DNA from: Raillietiella orientalis | Lineage: Eukaryota | Assembly: GCA_036172245.1 (NCBI GenBank) | Contig: JAYWIR010000001.1 | Location: 11,904,001 to 11,968,000 of the forward strand | Length of the DNA: 64,000 nt | Reading direction: 5' to 3' | In this document: in pieces, positions 12,756 through 24,800 of the stretch | Numbering within the stretch: position 1 is the stretch's first letter | Layout of the letters: each line of letters opens with the position of its first letter | Notes under the pieces: generated by a model | What the model was told of the DNA's origin: nothing | What the model saw: only the letters and a program-made list of their open reading frames with translations | The model's database searches: none | Position numbers and translations under genes: made by a program

Positions 12756-15292
12756 TTATTTCCGTTTGGGAGCGGCGGGCGCAGGCTGGAAGGTGGGCTG
12801 CTGGCGATACTTTTGCAGGAGCTGAGGGATGTCGAAGGCAATGGCGGCATCCAGCTTCTCCAGGAGGCAGCCGCGGAAGAAGGTGCAGGCCGCCGCCAGG
12901 GAGCGGAAGCCCTGGAGCGGGTGCATCTTGAAGAAAGCCTCGTAGACGTGAGGGCTGGGCAGGTCGTATCGGGACACGTTGGGAGGCGCGCCCAGGTGCA
13001 CGAAGATGGGGAGGCTGTGCGCGTCGGCCACCACCTCCGCTGCCACCCGCCTGCGGTTCGAGAAGAAGGTCTTCCGCTGCTGGTACGCCTGCACGAACGC
13101 GTCGACGACGTAGGCGTGGTTCCGGAGACGGATCTGCGGCGGCGTACGCGTGCGTCACCCGCGCGCGAGAGCCGGGAAGGGTGGGTCGGGGTCGGGGAAG
13201 AAGCTCGAGGGTTCGGATTCCAGCGCCACTCTCGCTCCGGCCCCTTCCGGTCCGGTAGATTGGATGGGGGAAGCCACCACATGCGTGGGAGTCGCGGGCG
13301 TGGATCGGGCCGCGCGGGGTGCAGTCTGGTCGGGGAGTGGCTGCGCTGTTGAAGGATGACTGAGGAAGGGGAGGTGGTGGCGCGCGGTTCAATTATTTTA
13401 AGGGAAAAGGGAGTGACAGGGTGATGACGAACGGTTTAGAAATTCTTCTTTTGATTGGGGTGGCAAGAAGGATAGGTGGAAAGTAAGCGGATCAGGGTGG
13501 TGATGGGGGAATGGAGATTGACGAATTATTGCTAGCAATGGGGTGAATAGGGTGGGTGGAGGAGTATCGGTGGAAACGGGGCAATAGGGTATTGGTGGGA
13601 ATGGGGCGATAGGTTGGTTGGGATGGGTGGAGTAGTATCGGTGGAAACGGGGCAATAGGGTATTGGTGGGAATGGGGCGATAGGTTGGTTGGGATGGGTG
13701 GAGTAGTATCGGAGGAAACGGGGCGATGGAGTGAGTGGGAATGGGGGAGGGGCTTCCCTACCGCGTAGTTCACTGCCATCTCCAGCCGTCGCTCCACGCG
13801 TCCAGAGATTGCCCGGCGCAAGTCCTCCAAGAGGGCGTTTTCATCCTGGTCGAGGAGGGGCGTGCGCTCGGCTCCAGAAGGGGGAGCTTCGTCATCTTCC
13901 AGGAAGGACACAGCGTAGATGGTGGGTGGTTTGTGCGTCGGGATGAGGGGGCCCAGGGCCCACAGCAGGTTCCGTTGGGCGTGCATCAGCTCCCTCGTGG
14001 TCATGCCTCCGGCTTTGTTCATCACGAACCGGACCTTTCGGCGGTCGCCCTCTCCGTCCCCGGAGGAGGGAGAGAGCGAAGCTTGCCAGACCCCCTGCCC
14101 TTTCCCTGCCCCTCTTCCTCCTCCCCCCTCCCCTCCGCCCCTTCCCACCGCTCACCCTTTCTTGGATGCCCCTGTGCTGGTCCATCAGCGAGTACAGCTC
14201 CGCGCCGACTTCTATCCGGCGAGCGTCGAAGACGACGAGGACGAGATCCGCGCGGTCCAGGAACCACTGGTAGGCGTCTGCTAAGGGGTGGTGGAAGCTG
14301 CCCGCGTCTCCTTCGGGCTTAATATCCCTCGCGCCGGGCACCTCAACGAGGGAAGCCTGCGGAGGGGAAGAGGGGGAAGGAGGACGTGCAGGAACCGGGA
14401 AGGCGAAAGAGGGCAGGGCCGCCGCCCTGCTCCCTTCCTCTCCCCTCCAGAGCTCACATGGCTCAGGACCCGGTTTCTGAACTGGTGCACGCGCACCCGG
14501 GTGAGGAGAGCGCCGCCGAACTGCCTCAGGCCGGAGAACCTCCAGTCCGCCAGCACCTCCGTGCCGCGGAGCTCTTTGTCCGTGCCGTTCTGGAGGATGT
14601 GAAACAGCCCACCTTCCTCCTCCTCCGCCTCTCCTGCTCCGTGGACGGCATGTCAGGGAAGAGAGGGATACGTGTCTCGGCGCTTTACCAGTGGCGAGCG
14701 CGTGCTCCGAACCAGTCGTTTCCAGGAGATGGTTGATGATTGAGGACTTGCCAGACTTTGGGGGACCCACGATGACGATCAGCGGATTGGAGAAGAACTC
14801 GTTTTCTGAAAGGAGGGAATCACCGGAAGGTTAGGGAGCAAGGCGAGGGAAGAACCTTCCAGAGGTCTCGTAGTGAGATCCTTGAACTTGTAGGCCGTTT
14901 CCAGGGGACGCACGGAACGCTCGTGCAGGATTTTGAGGTTCCGCAGGATGACGTCCCCTCTTCTATGGTGGTCCCTGTCGTCCAACTCGTCCAGGTCGAT
15001 GATGCTCTTCCGAGAAGAGGCGCCATCTTCCGTGGCAGTCGTCTCCTCCTCCTTTCCGCCTTCCGCCTCATCGGCGCTCCCGTCCTGAGCTTCTTCTGCC
15101 TTCTCTTCTTCCTCAGCCTCCCTCTCTATAACAAAGGAAGCACGGGCTGAGTGTGTGTGCGTGGTAGGGAGGGATAGAGACGAGATGAGATCGGGGATCA
15201 TGAAGAGCAAGCATCTGGAAAATACGCAGACGCCGAGAAATACTCGCAAGAACAAGCAGCAGGAAGACAAGAAAATGTCGGAGAATAGTCAT
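12756..15292 (-). CDS. SRL: sarcalumenin-like protein (secreted, EHD/dynamin-family G domain), 7 exons, ~490 aa
   Basis: Exons 15292-15244, 15146-14856, 14805-14689, 14633-14458, 14356-14156, 14034-13762 and 13133-12756 join in frame. Features: signal peptide MTILRHFLVFLLLVLA, acidic N-terminus, VRPLETAYKF, P-loop GPPKSGKSS, YQWFLDRADLVLVVFD, NLLWALGPLI, and the sarcalumenin-type C-terminus RNHAYVVDAF...VSRYDLP...CTFFRGCLLEKLDAAIAFDIPQLL. No EH domain. Confidence 0.92.
13553..13728. repeat. 71-bp tandem repeat (~2.5 copies) in a sarcalumenin intron
   Basis: gtatcgg(t/a)ggaaacgggg recurs at 13564, 13635 and 13706 (period 71). Confidence 0.9.
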
Positions 15293-17219
15293 AAGAACCA
15301 GCAGCAGAAAAAGCAGAAAAACGCATTTGCCTGTTAGCTCCTCGCTTGTTCTCTTCAGGCCGCCTGCTCCTTCCGACGCAGCATCGCCTTCACCTGAAAA
15401 ATAGTCTTCAGCTGATCTCCAAGGCAGAGAAATGTGGGGACGCCCACAAGCCAGTTAAGGGAATCACCTCCTCCTCCTCCTCGCTGACACGGCTCGGGAA
15501 CCCGGATCTCAGGGCTGCTCCTGCTCGTTGTTGGCGTTCTGACCAGCCCCCGGCGCGCCGGTTTCGTAGAATCTGAAAGCTGACGCCTGTGAGTCAAGCC
15601 CCAGCAGTCGGTTGGCTGACCACCGGCAGTCCGTCACCATGCAGCAGACCCTGGGCCTCGCAGTCGCATTCAGAAGGAAGAAGAATTACTTCTTCCTTTC
15701 GAAGTTGGAAGGATCCGTTGTAGTCCGCTACAAGAACGCGTGGCGGTGGTCAGCCGAACCGGACCAAGTCGTGCCCAGAGCCCTCCCTCCTTCTGGTTTT
15801 ACGGGTCCCGTTTGCCCGTCCTTGTCTTTGCTTCTATTATTTGACGGGAGATGCACTTCGGTTTTGCCGAACTTCTGGCAGCGCGTCTTCTGCCAGAGTG
15901 CGCGCGCATCATCTTCCACACCCGCTCTTCCGGTCGTATCGTTCCTCCTATCCGGATAGGACACCATCGCATGCTCGTCTTCCGTCCCTCCGCTTTCCCC
16001 CTTTCTCTTCTCGTCCGGGACTGAACGAACGGAACGACGGCGGTAGGGTCTTTTCCTCTGAGGAGGAGCTCCCAGACCGAAATCCCTGCCTAGCGGCCAA
16101 GGTCCCTGTCTTGAGACCATCGGCTAGATGACGCCACTCCCAATCCGGAGTTGCCACACTGGTTCTCCCCGAGAGAGTGCAGCCAAATTTGTCCTTCGTC
16201 ACTGCTCGCGCAGCCACCTTCCTTCCTTTCCTTGTTTTGGCACTCTGACTGCCGCCAGCCCCTTGGGGCACTTTGCTCGCTTATGCTCGGAAGGAAACAA
16301 ACAAGCGAGCTGCCTCGGTATTCGTTTCAGTCCTCGCCAGCACCGAGATCTGCTGCTGCTGCTCACGGATTTTTTTTTCTTTTTCTTTTTTACCCTTTTG
16401 CTTTTCTCCGAGGTCTCCTAATGCGCCGTTGCCGTGCCGCCCATGCAGGGAGAGTTCCGTCCGCTCTCGGAAGGAGGCCCCCCGGCACTCTGGGGTCTGA
16501 CCCACAAGAGCGACGGCGGAAGAGGCCGGCGGCACCCGCGCTCGCGTCGAAGGCGAAGAGCGCGCCGGGCGTGTGCGCAGTCATTCGCCGGCGCCGGCGC
16601 CGTCCGCACCCCCTTCGGGACTGGATGGTGGGAGGCCGCGCGAGCTCTTCCCATCAGGACCAGGAGTTTTCCGAGAACGGAGCGAGGGAGCGTGCGCGCT
16701 TTCCCAAGTGAGTCCCACGCTTACCGCGGGAGAATCGCGTCGGCGATGGCAACGCCCTGTCGCTTCTACGGCCTCCCAGAAACGTCGTCTTCCTCTTACA
16801 GTCTGAGAGTTCGGCCTGTGCGGGGGTCCTCTGCGAGGATGCTGCTGCTTGCCGAAAGAACCGAGGGGCACCGCGTTGTCAACGGCTCGGCGCGGCTGGA
16901 CCGCGTCGTCGATTCGTGAGCCTCTGTCGGGAGGCGTTTCTTTCTCCTCCCGCCATCAGAGCGATCGGTCATTTGGGAGGCGGGTGAGCCCCCTCCCTCT
17001 CCCCGCTTCTCATCTCTGCTTGGTGCTGAGATGAAGCCGAGAACGTGGTGGTGGTGGAGATTGCCTCCATGCTTCGGCGGCCTGAGGGAGACGTCGTTCC
17101 TTCCGAAAGGGGTTCCTTTTTCCAGGAGATCATCCCTCCCCACCTTCTCCTACCTCCCTCCCTTTCTCGAAAGGGAGTTTCTCTCCTTTGGAGGGGAAGG
17201 ATGGGAAAGTTCTGGAATC

Positions 17220-17815
17220 GCCGTCCTTGGAAACCCGGAAGTCGTTGGCAGGCACGTGGCTGCACTCTTCGCCGGTGGGAACGAGCGTCGCGGGTTCGAA
17301 TCTCAGCCGGGGAAGGATCGAAACCGAGAACAAGGAGGGTGCGTCGTGGGTTTTCGAGTCCCCTCCTCAGGATAGCGCTGGTTGGCCCATTCGGGTGTGG
17401 CGGCACTAGCGGAAGCAGCCGTTGACCGACCCGGATTAAAAGTGGACCCTCCGGGGTTCTTCTAAGAATCGAGGGGCCCTTCAGAGTTCCTCTCCAGTTG
17501 TGAAAGGGAGCCTCGCCCCCCGAGAGGGGGCAATTCTCCATCTAGAGTATAAGCAGCGCGCTGCTCCTTTCTAGGTCCTCTTCAGAGAAGGAAACAAGGA
17601 GTGGATCCTTTCCGGGTTCCCTACGGAGAGGAAATGGGGAGTGGCCTCCTCCCTGGGATCCCTCCGGAGAGAATGGGGAAGAGGTTCCCTTTGGAGACAG
17701 CCGGGGAGAAGGTTCCCTTCCAAGGTAAGAGGGGCGAACTCCTTCCTCCGGAGCCCTTCCTGAATTCACGGGGTGATCCCCTTCCGGGGCACTCCCTGAA
17801 TTGAAGACCCCCAAG
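17220..17815 (-). repeat. unclassified dispersed repeat, copy 1
   Basis: Reverse complement aligns by eye with 63130-63740 (translated HPNGPTSAILRRGLE...LGFDP vs HPNRPSSVIMRGALE...LGVDP) and with 46300-46640. Confidence 0.7.
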
Positions 17816-18574
17816 TGGCGTCGACGGTGCTCGTAGATCTTTGTGAGTCCCCCCTAAGAAGGCGAGCGGCTCTTTAGCGCTTTGCGAATCGAAAACAGGA
17901 ACGGTCAAATCCTGGACCCGTGAGCAGCCCATGGGCTTTCTTGGACCAGGAATAACGGCTGATGCCCGCGGAGGAGCCGCATGTCTTCCTCGAGTCGGTT
18001 TCCCCGGCAACGTCAGTTCCTGCTATCCAGCGAAAACGCCGATGTGCCGTTCGATGTGAAGGGAAAGCGGGAATGAATTGCCCGAAGCATTCCGGGACCG
18101 GGGCGACTCACCATTGCCTGATCAGGGAAGCGGTTTCATCCGCCCACAGGGAAGCTGCGAGGAACTCCCTTGTTTGAGGAAACGCGGTGCCCCACTCGTG
18201 CCCTAGCACGGCCAAAGAGTTGGGAAGTCGACAGCCTAAACACAGAAGGAGAAAGAGGAAGGGAGGAGGAGGAACAGAGTGACGGGACGCAAGGAGGTTC
18301 GCGAACGCCATTTCGCTGGACCTCGAGCTTTGCTTGCTGCTGAAGATAGACGAGAAGGGCTGGGATTGGAGAAGATCTTTCTCCCCTCCCCCAAATGGAT
18401 CTGCATTTCCGGAGTCTTCAATTCGCAAGGCAGCAGTACCTGGAGATGACCTCTGCACTCCGTGAAAGGCATCTCTTTTGTCAGCAGGTAAATCTCGACG
18501 ACAACAGTAGCAAGACATCCATGCAAGAGGAGACTGAGGGATTCCTTGGTTTTCAGTTGGGAAGGAGCACCACA

Positions 18575-18860
18575 GCCTGTCCGACTGACCAGATTCAAGT
18601 TCTCCGGCATGATGGTCACGCGCTTGGCGCAGGGGAGCTCACAGATTCATGCCTTCGAAGAGGTTCGTCCAGGAAGGCTTCGCTGGCTTCTTGCAGGGCT
18701 TCCAGCACCTCTGAACTCAGGGAGTGCTTCAAGTCCGTCCTGAAGTTGCTGGAGCTGTGGACAGCTCCCCCCTCCCATTCGCTTCTCTGGTGACAACGAC
18801 GACTGTCCCGCGGGGCCGCTGTCCCCAGTCACGTGACGACGGGGGCATTTTCGAACCTCC
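18575..18860 (-). pseudogene. decayed histone H3-like sequence
   Basis: Frameshifted translation GTAAPRDSRRCHQRS...[26 protein letters not shown] / TNLFEGMNL* / [16 protein letters not shown] is colinear with H3 GTVALREIRRYQKS...[53 protein letters not shown]. Confidence 0.8.
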
Positions 18861-21800
18861 CGGGGCTGGAAGCCCTCACTACTCTCGCCGCCGACGGTTT
18901 CCTCTGCGTGTTGACAACCAGGAGCAGTCTGTGCGCGCTCCCTCGCGTGCCGCCTGCTTTGTGCGATTTGTGGCTGTCGCTCACGTCTCCAGGGTTCTTG
19001 TCTTTTCACCTTCAAAGAATCCTCACTGAATGAACTGGGGCTGAAGAGAGGTACCGTGCAGCAGCGGAAGCGGAAGTGACCTCCAGCGGCAGCCCGTCCC
19101 GGGAAGACAAAGACCGGCTCGCTCCGCGAGGACGACAGCGAGGTGGTCGTCCTGGATACATCACGCGTCTCCCCCCCCCCCCCGCAGCGGCGACCGGAAG
19201 AGGCGGGACAAGTTTTTGGACGTGCTCGGCGTTCCTGGGATTCCCGCCGGAAGAGTCGCGTGGGTCGCCACCACCCGAACTGAAAGCACCCTCAAGAATC
19301 GTCTCACCCCTGAAGAGGCCACATGGAAAGGTGGTCATTCGCCCCTTCATTTGCTTACGCCCTCCTTCCTGTACGCATGCGCATCGACGGACCCATCGGT
19401 CTGCGGCACCAGGCCGAAAGAGAGCAGGCCGCTGGCACTCGCGTGCGAAGATCAATGGGAGAGCATTTCTGAGGGTGCTTCGAGGCGAATTCCTGAGTCA
19501 AGGGAGGCAGGCGCGGCTGCAACCGAGCGCGGGCGGCACGGTCGCGCCCCCTTCCCCTTCCCCGAGTTGGGGCTGCGTGGGCCAATCTTTCCAGGAGACC
19601 TGTGCCTTTCTCCTGCCTTACGATCTCAGTCTGCCGTCTCGGCCAGGCTGGAAACCGTCTGCCCCCGCATGAGTCCCGAATACGAAATGCGGAGGGTTCT
19701 CTCCCCCCTCCCACCCCTCCCTTTTCTCCTAGCAACCAGAGCTCCAGCCCGGATCTCTTGAAGGCAGGCGGGAGCGCTCATGTCCACCCTCTTCTCTCAG
19801 ATCTCACCGTCAGAGAGCAGCATCCATCTCGCGGAATGCAAGGAACCGACGTCGAAGCGTTTGGGGAATGGTCGCTCGTCTCCCGCAGGCTTCGAGAGGG
19901 TGACGCAAAAAATAAAATAAAATACACCTGCGGTTCCTTCGATAAACCCGAAGTGACAAGGAGGGCATGATGAGGAGGGGGAGGAAAGAGGTTTTCCTTC
20001 CTTCCTTCCTGCTTCGAATCCCTGGCTCCTCGCAGAAGGGGAGGCACGCAACGGGGAGTCCGCGTCGCCAAAGCTGTTGCGCGACAACGGAGCAGCCGGA
20101 CAACCGCGTTCCACTTCGCCGGCGAACCGCGAAGAACGCGAGCGAATTAGCTCCAGGTAATCCGAGATCTCGCTCGCCCCTCTCCAGTTCCTGTTTGTTA
20201 TGGAGGAGCGTCAAAAGAACAGGGGGCGCCAGCGGAGCAAGGAAGAAGAAGGAAATAAGAGATTCCCGTGACCGCAGAAGAACGCGAGAACCCGTTCCTT
20301 TTCCTCCTCTTTTTGCTTAGTTTTTTTTTTTTTTTTTTTGCCCCTCTCCCTTCTCTGAAGGGCGCATGGGGGAAGAAGAAAGCGTAGGCACGAAAGCGAA
20401 GCCAACAACTGTGCCGCGAGCTGCGCGCGCGTCTATTTCGGTACAGAGGGAGTGAAACGCGCAGCCGCACACCTGCGCTCTCCCGAAAGATGGAATCAAC
20501 ACGGCAGAGGGAGCGCCGCTCCTCCGGACCTGCCCCTCGAAGTGAGGAGGTGAAGAGGAGGGGAAAGGAAAAAGAAACGAAATAAAAATAAAAGCGAGTC
20601 CGAGTCCGTTTCGCGCCTTTCCCGTCGCCGCGACCCGCGAGAGAGAGGCTCCACTGCTAGGGAGGGAACACTTTCATTCAGCCATTCGGTTTGGGGAAGC
20701 TCCTTTGCTTTGCGTGGGGATGAGACCCGTGTGTGGACGGGAGGTCCAGAGACGGTCTATTCCCACACGAACAGGGAGCGGGTGGGAAGGCAGAGGCACA
20801 CCCTGCCCCTTCCGCATGGCTACTGGCAAATGCCTCCACGAGATGCATCGAAAATGGCGGTAGCAGCAGCAGAGGCGTGCCTGACTCTGGGGTCCCTTCC
20901 AATCAAGGGAACACTGAGCTCTCCGCGACTGCTGCGTGTTCCTCAAGAGAGGGACGATCCCATCTCGACTGCGGAGGTCACTTGGACCGAGTTCAGGCTG
21001 GCCTCTCACCGTATCCCGCCTCTGCGCTTCCGGCACCAGAAGCCCTCCCCGAGGGCACATCTACCCTTCGGACAGACGGCATTGCTCACAGGGTCGGTTT
21101 TTCCTGCGCCTCTTCCTTCCTCCCTTCCCCTTTTCCTCCCGCTCGAGCGCACCGCTTTCGGTTTGTGGGTGACCACGGTCGGACCGCGCGCGCCAAAAGA
21201 GCGTGCCGTCAACGACTCAGTTGAGGCTCCACCGACGGGCGTTTACGATGGCCGACGACGCGCGCTGACGTCCCCTCCCCTTTACCTTGCAGCAGGTTGG
21301 CAACGCCGACGATGAAAACACCGAAGCACAGTGTCGCTAACACCGGTTTCCTCATCGCCATGGAATTTTCTCGTTTCTGCTGCAGCTAGCAGGGAGATGG
21401 AGCACAGAATTCGTGGTCTTGGACTCCTTCCAGGACATTGAGGGCCCCCTGCTTAAATCTTGGTTAGAAATCGCGTGCTTTCCGCAAGCCGCCACCGTGA
21501 CTCCTGAAATACTCGCAGCCCGCGTTCTCGGATCGGGTCACCGGTACATCCCATTTGACGTAGTTTCAACACGTGGGTGATATATTTATATTTATACACA
21601 CACACACATATGCATATATTGTTCCCTCTTGTGTCGGTGTGCGACGGTGGCTCCCAGCGGTTGTTGTTGCCTCTCACTCAGCCAGTCTGCGCTTTTCCTA
21701 ATAAACGGCTGAACCCACACACTAAAAAAAAATGGGATGCGGAGTGAGGCGAGGGGGTGCGGAACAACCAGTCCCACCTTTGAAGAGTTTCCGGCTCTCG

Positions 21801-24800
21801 GGCAGCAGCAGATAACATGTCGCTCCTTACGTCGACTTGACTTGTTCAATAAGGGGACTCGTCAGTCTTTCCGTCTTCATCCGCGAAACAGGGGGAAACA
21901 GGAGGGAAAAGGAGGACTTCTCCCGAACACAGATGCCTGAGGCGGCGGTGACGCTCTCCACCGGGCCCAGGCGCCTACAGGCAGAAATTTGAAACCGACC
22001 CGGATCCCCCCTCCCCCCATTTCCATGATGATCGGCGGCGTGACGTCAGAGCGCGCGATCATCATGGCGGCCAACAAGGTAGCTTGAAAGGACACGCTGA
22101 AGGCGACTTGGAAGCGAGCGTTCGGCCAGTGTGGCTTCGCCGCTGGCTGTGGACTTCGAGGTGGAATGTTTCGAGGAGGAAGTGGCGGTGGAGAAAGCGG
22201 GGGAAACGTGCCAAAGACGCTCCGGGAACCTCCGGGGTGGCGCTGCGACGAGGCGGCGAACTTTTGCCGAGACTGTCACGCTGTTTGCGAACTTTTTCCG
22301 AGGCGACTGCTGGACGAACCTTGTCGCTGAGCTTCAGATGGCGCGCAGGGGAATGCTGCCGTGCCGTGTCCTGCAGCGCCGCTCATCCAGAGATCTTTCC
22401 GAAGAGAGCTGGTTACACCTTCCTCTCCTCCGCCAGCCGATCCTCGTTATATCGGGAGCGGCGACCCAAAGCCGTCCGAAGGACAGCGTGCATGATAACC
22501 TTTGGCATGTCATGCACGCTGTCCTCTTTTCTCCACGCCATTCGACGAAGTCTGTCCTTTTGCAGAGGGCCACCACCACCCTTGTCTCCATCCCGCTTCC
22601 CGTGCATCAGCCGTGTTGCTCAAGGAGTTTCAGGTCCGCCCCAGGGGCTGCCTGACCTCCCAGGAACATCCGTACTGAAGATGGTGGGGCGGGAGGGGAG
22701 GGGCCCCCGGGAACACGGGTGTGAGGAATCCTTTCTTCCGTCCCTCGGTAGCTCTCAGAGAGTCGAGATCCCCGGCAGGAGACGCGCGCGAGCAGCGTTG
22801 CCAGGCGTCGCCGTGCGGTGTTCTTCGGGGTGGCAATCCGTCAGGTTTCTTCCCGGAGAGAGAGAGGCGTTACGGGGGGGGAGACCTTGCTGCTCCGGGC
22901 TCAGCCGAGGAAGGAAATGACAGACGAGCTCGGTATCCGAGAAACCGGTATAAATTTTCCATCTGTTCAGGGATTTTCCGGGATCGGGAGCAAAAACTCG
23001 TCCGTTCGGATTTCAGGGAGGTGGGGGAGGAGGAGGAGGGAGGCATCCTCCTTCTCGTGATGGATCGCTGTTCCCCGATGCTGCGGTATACGCTGGAGCA
23101 GCACTGGTGAAACGAGCAGAGCGCATGCATCTGCATCTGCATCCGCATCCCCGGGCAAACATCCCCGCGGATCCATCACACTTCGCTCTCAGATCTTACG
23201 CCGCGGCAGGCAGTCATTCAGGCACCCGGAGGCAGGGTTGCCAGGCGGCCGAACGCCTGTTTAGAATCGATAAACGTCAGCGCGAACGGACGGCGGGCAA
23301 GCAAAACAAACGGAGGAGAGGTGCTTTCCTGCAGTCTCTTGGGACGGGAGCAGACGCAGCAACATCCCAGCACCCGTCGCGCTCTGCGGGGCGAGTAGAT
23401 GCCGGTTGCCAGGGCGGCAGCAAGCCGTCAGCTCCGACCTTCCGCTGCCAAGAGCAGTCACGTGAGGCGCGCGTGTCGTCCGCCTCTCTTTTCGTCCCCC
23501 CACCAGCAGCCGCCGCCGGTCCAGGCGACCGGGGAGGTTCGTTCCCGGGGAACCGCGAATAACTCACCCTGATCGCCGGCGGACTCAAAGAAAGCGGCGG
23601 CGGTTCCTTTATCCCGGTCATGAGAGGGGGGAGGGCGTCCCGACGAAGAGAGCCGTCCGCGGAAATCCGTCATCCGAACCGACCGAGCAAGCGCTCCTCC
23701 TCGCTGTAGCTCGGGAAGATTGCCATGGCGCCGGGACGGCGACTTTCCTCGATCGCGGTCACCTGGAGCGAGGAAGAACAGGACGGATGTTGGCTGCTCG
23801 CCGATCGCCCTGCGTATTCTCACGGATTGGGTCTTCGTGGGGTCGTCCGTGGGACTTGCCTTTCCGGACCGCGTGGATCCTGCTGATCCAGAATGTTCTT
23901 CGCGATCAGAACGCTCTTCGCATCTGTGGCAACCAAAGATGGAACCGGAAGGCCAAGGCCTTGTGGGGGTCATCCGTCCAGACTCGCATCGCCTCCAGTT
24001 TCTCACTGAGTAGTGAAGAGGCTCGAGCGCGGGAACCCGGCCAAACCCCACGTGACCCCGACGCGCCGTACAGCTGCTTTGGTCCACCCTGGTTCATCGT
24101 GCTCCAGGCGGCTGGAGCAGAGTTCGCCTCTTCCCACATCCTGCCCGCCTCAGTCTCCCCCCCCCCCCCTCCCCCGAGGGGGCGAAGCGCCCCCTGAGCA
24201 CACGAACTCCTCGGTTGCCGCCGAGAGGCATGGCCATTCGGACGCTCACACCGGAGGCGACGCAGGGAGACAGGGAAGCCGGCAACGGTCTCCTGACTAC
24301 TGGGCATCCCGAGAGGCGATTGCCCGGGTGGAGATCGCTCCCGAAGGAGCGGACCGGATTCCTTCCGTCTTCGCCGGGTGCGGAGGAGCCTTCCGGGGCC
24401 TCTCGGCGGACGGGTCGTTGGTAGCCCCGGACGACGCGAAGGACGAGGGGATGCTCTTCGCGGTTCCCTCGCCAAGGTGAGGAAGAGGGTGGTGGCACGC
24501 AGCAGGGACGCTTGCTGAGGTCGCATTCCTCGGGTCACAAGCCGGGGAGAACGAGTGCACCATCGGGCAGCGGGCCCGCCGGCAGGGTGGTCAAGATGGC
24601 GGAAGAATGGTGGGGAGTCCCTCGGACATCCGTGGCATGCGCCGAAACGGAATGCCGCGTCTTCGCGGAGGTCTGCGCTCCCCGCCGACTCTGCCTTCGG
24701 GATGAGGAAGAACGGGACACCGCCCGTCTCCAAGGATCGAAACTCCCCCGAAGCGCTTCGAGCGCGCGACGGCCGCGTTTCCCGCCAAATGTCACGCTCC

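Noticed and set aside
12245..13392. Long ORFs 12245-13282, 12415-13392 and 12552-13352
   Set aside because: Alternative-frame or antisense shadows of the GC-rich last sarcalumenin exon.
13553..13728. CRISPR-like array
   Set aside because: Units are contiguous near-identical tandem copies without unique spacers, in a eukaryotic intron, with no cas genes.
19300..19510. KINGRAFLRVL as a SAM-domain or Tc1 transposase fragment
   Set aside because: Too short and fits two unrelated families equally well.
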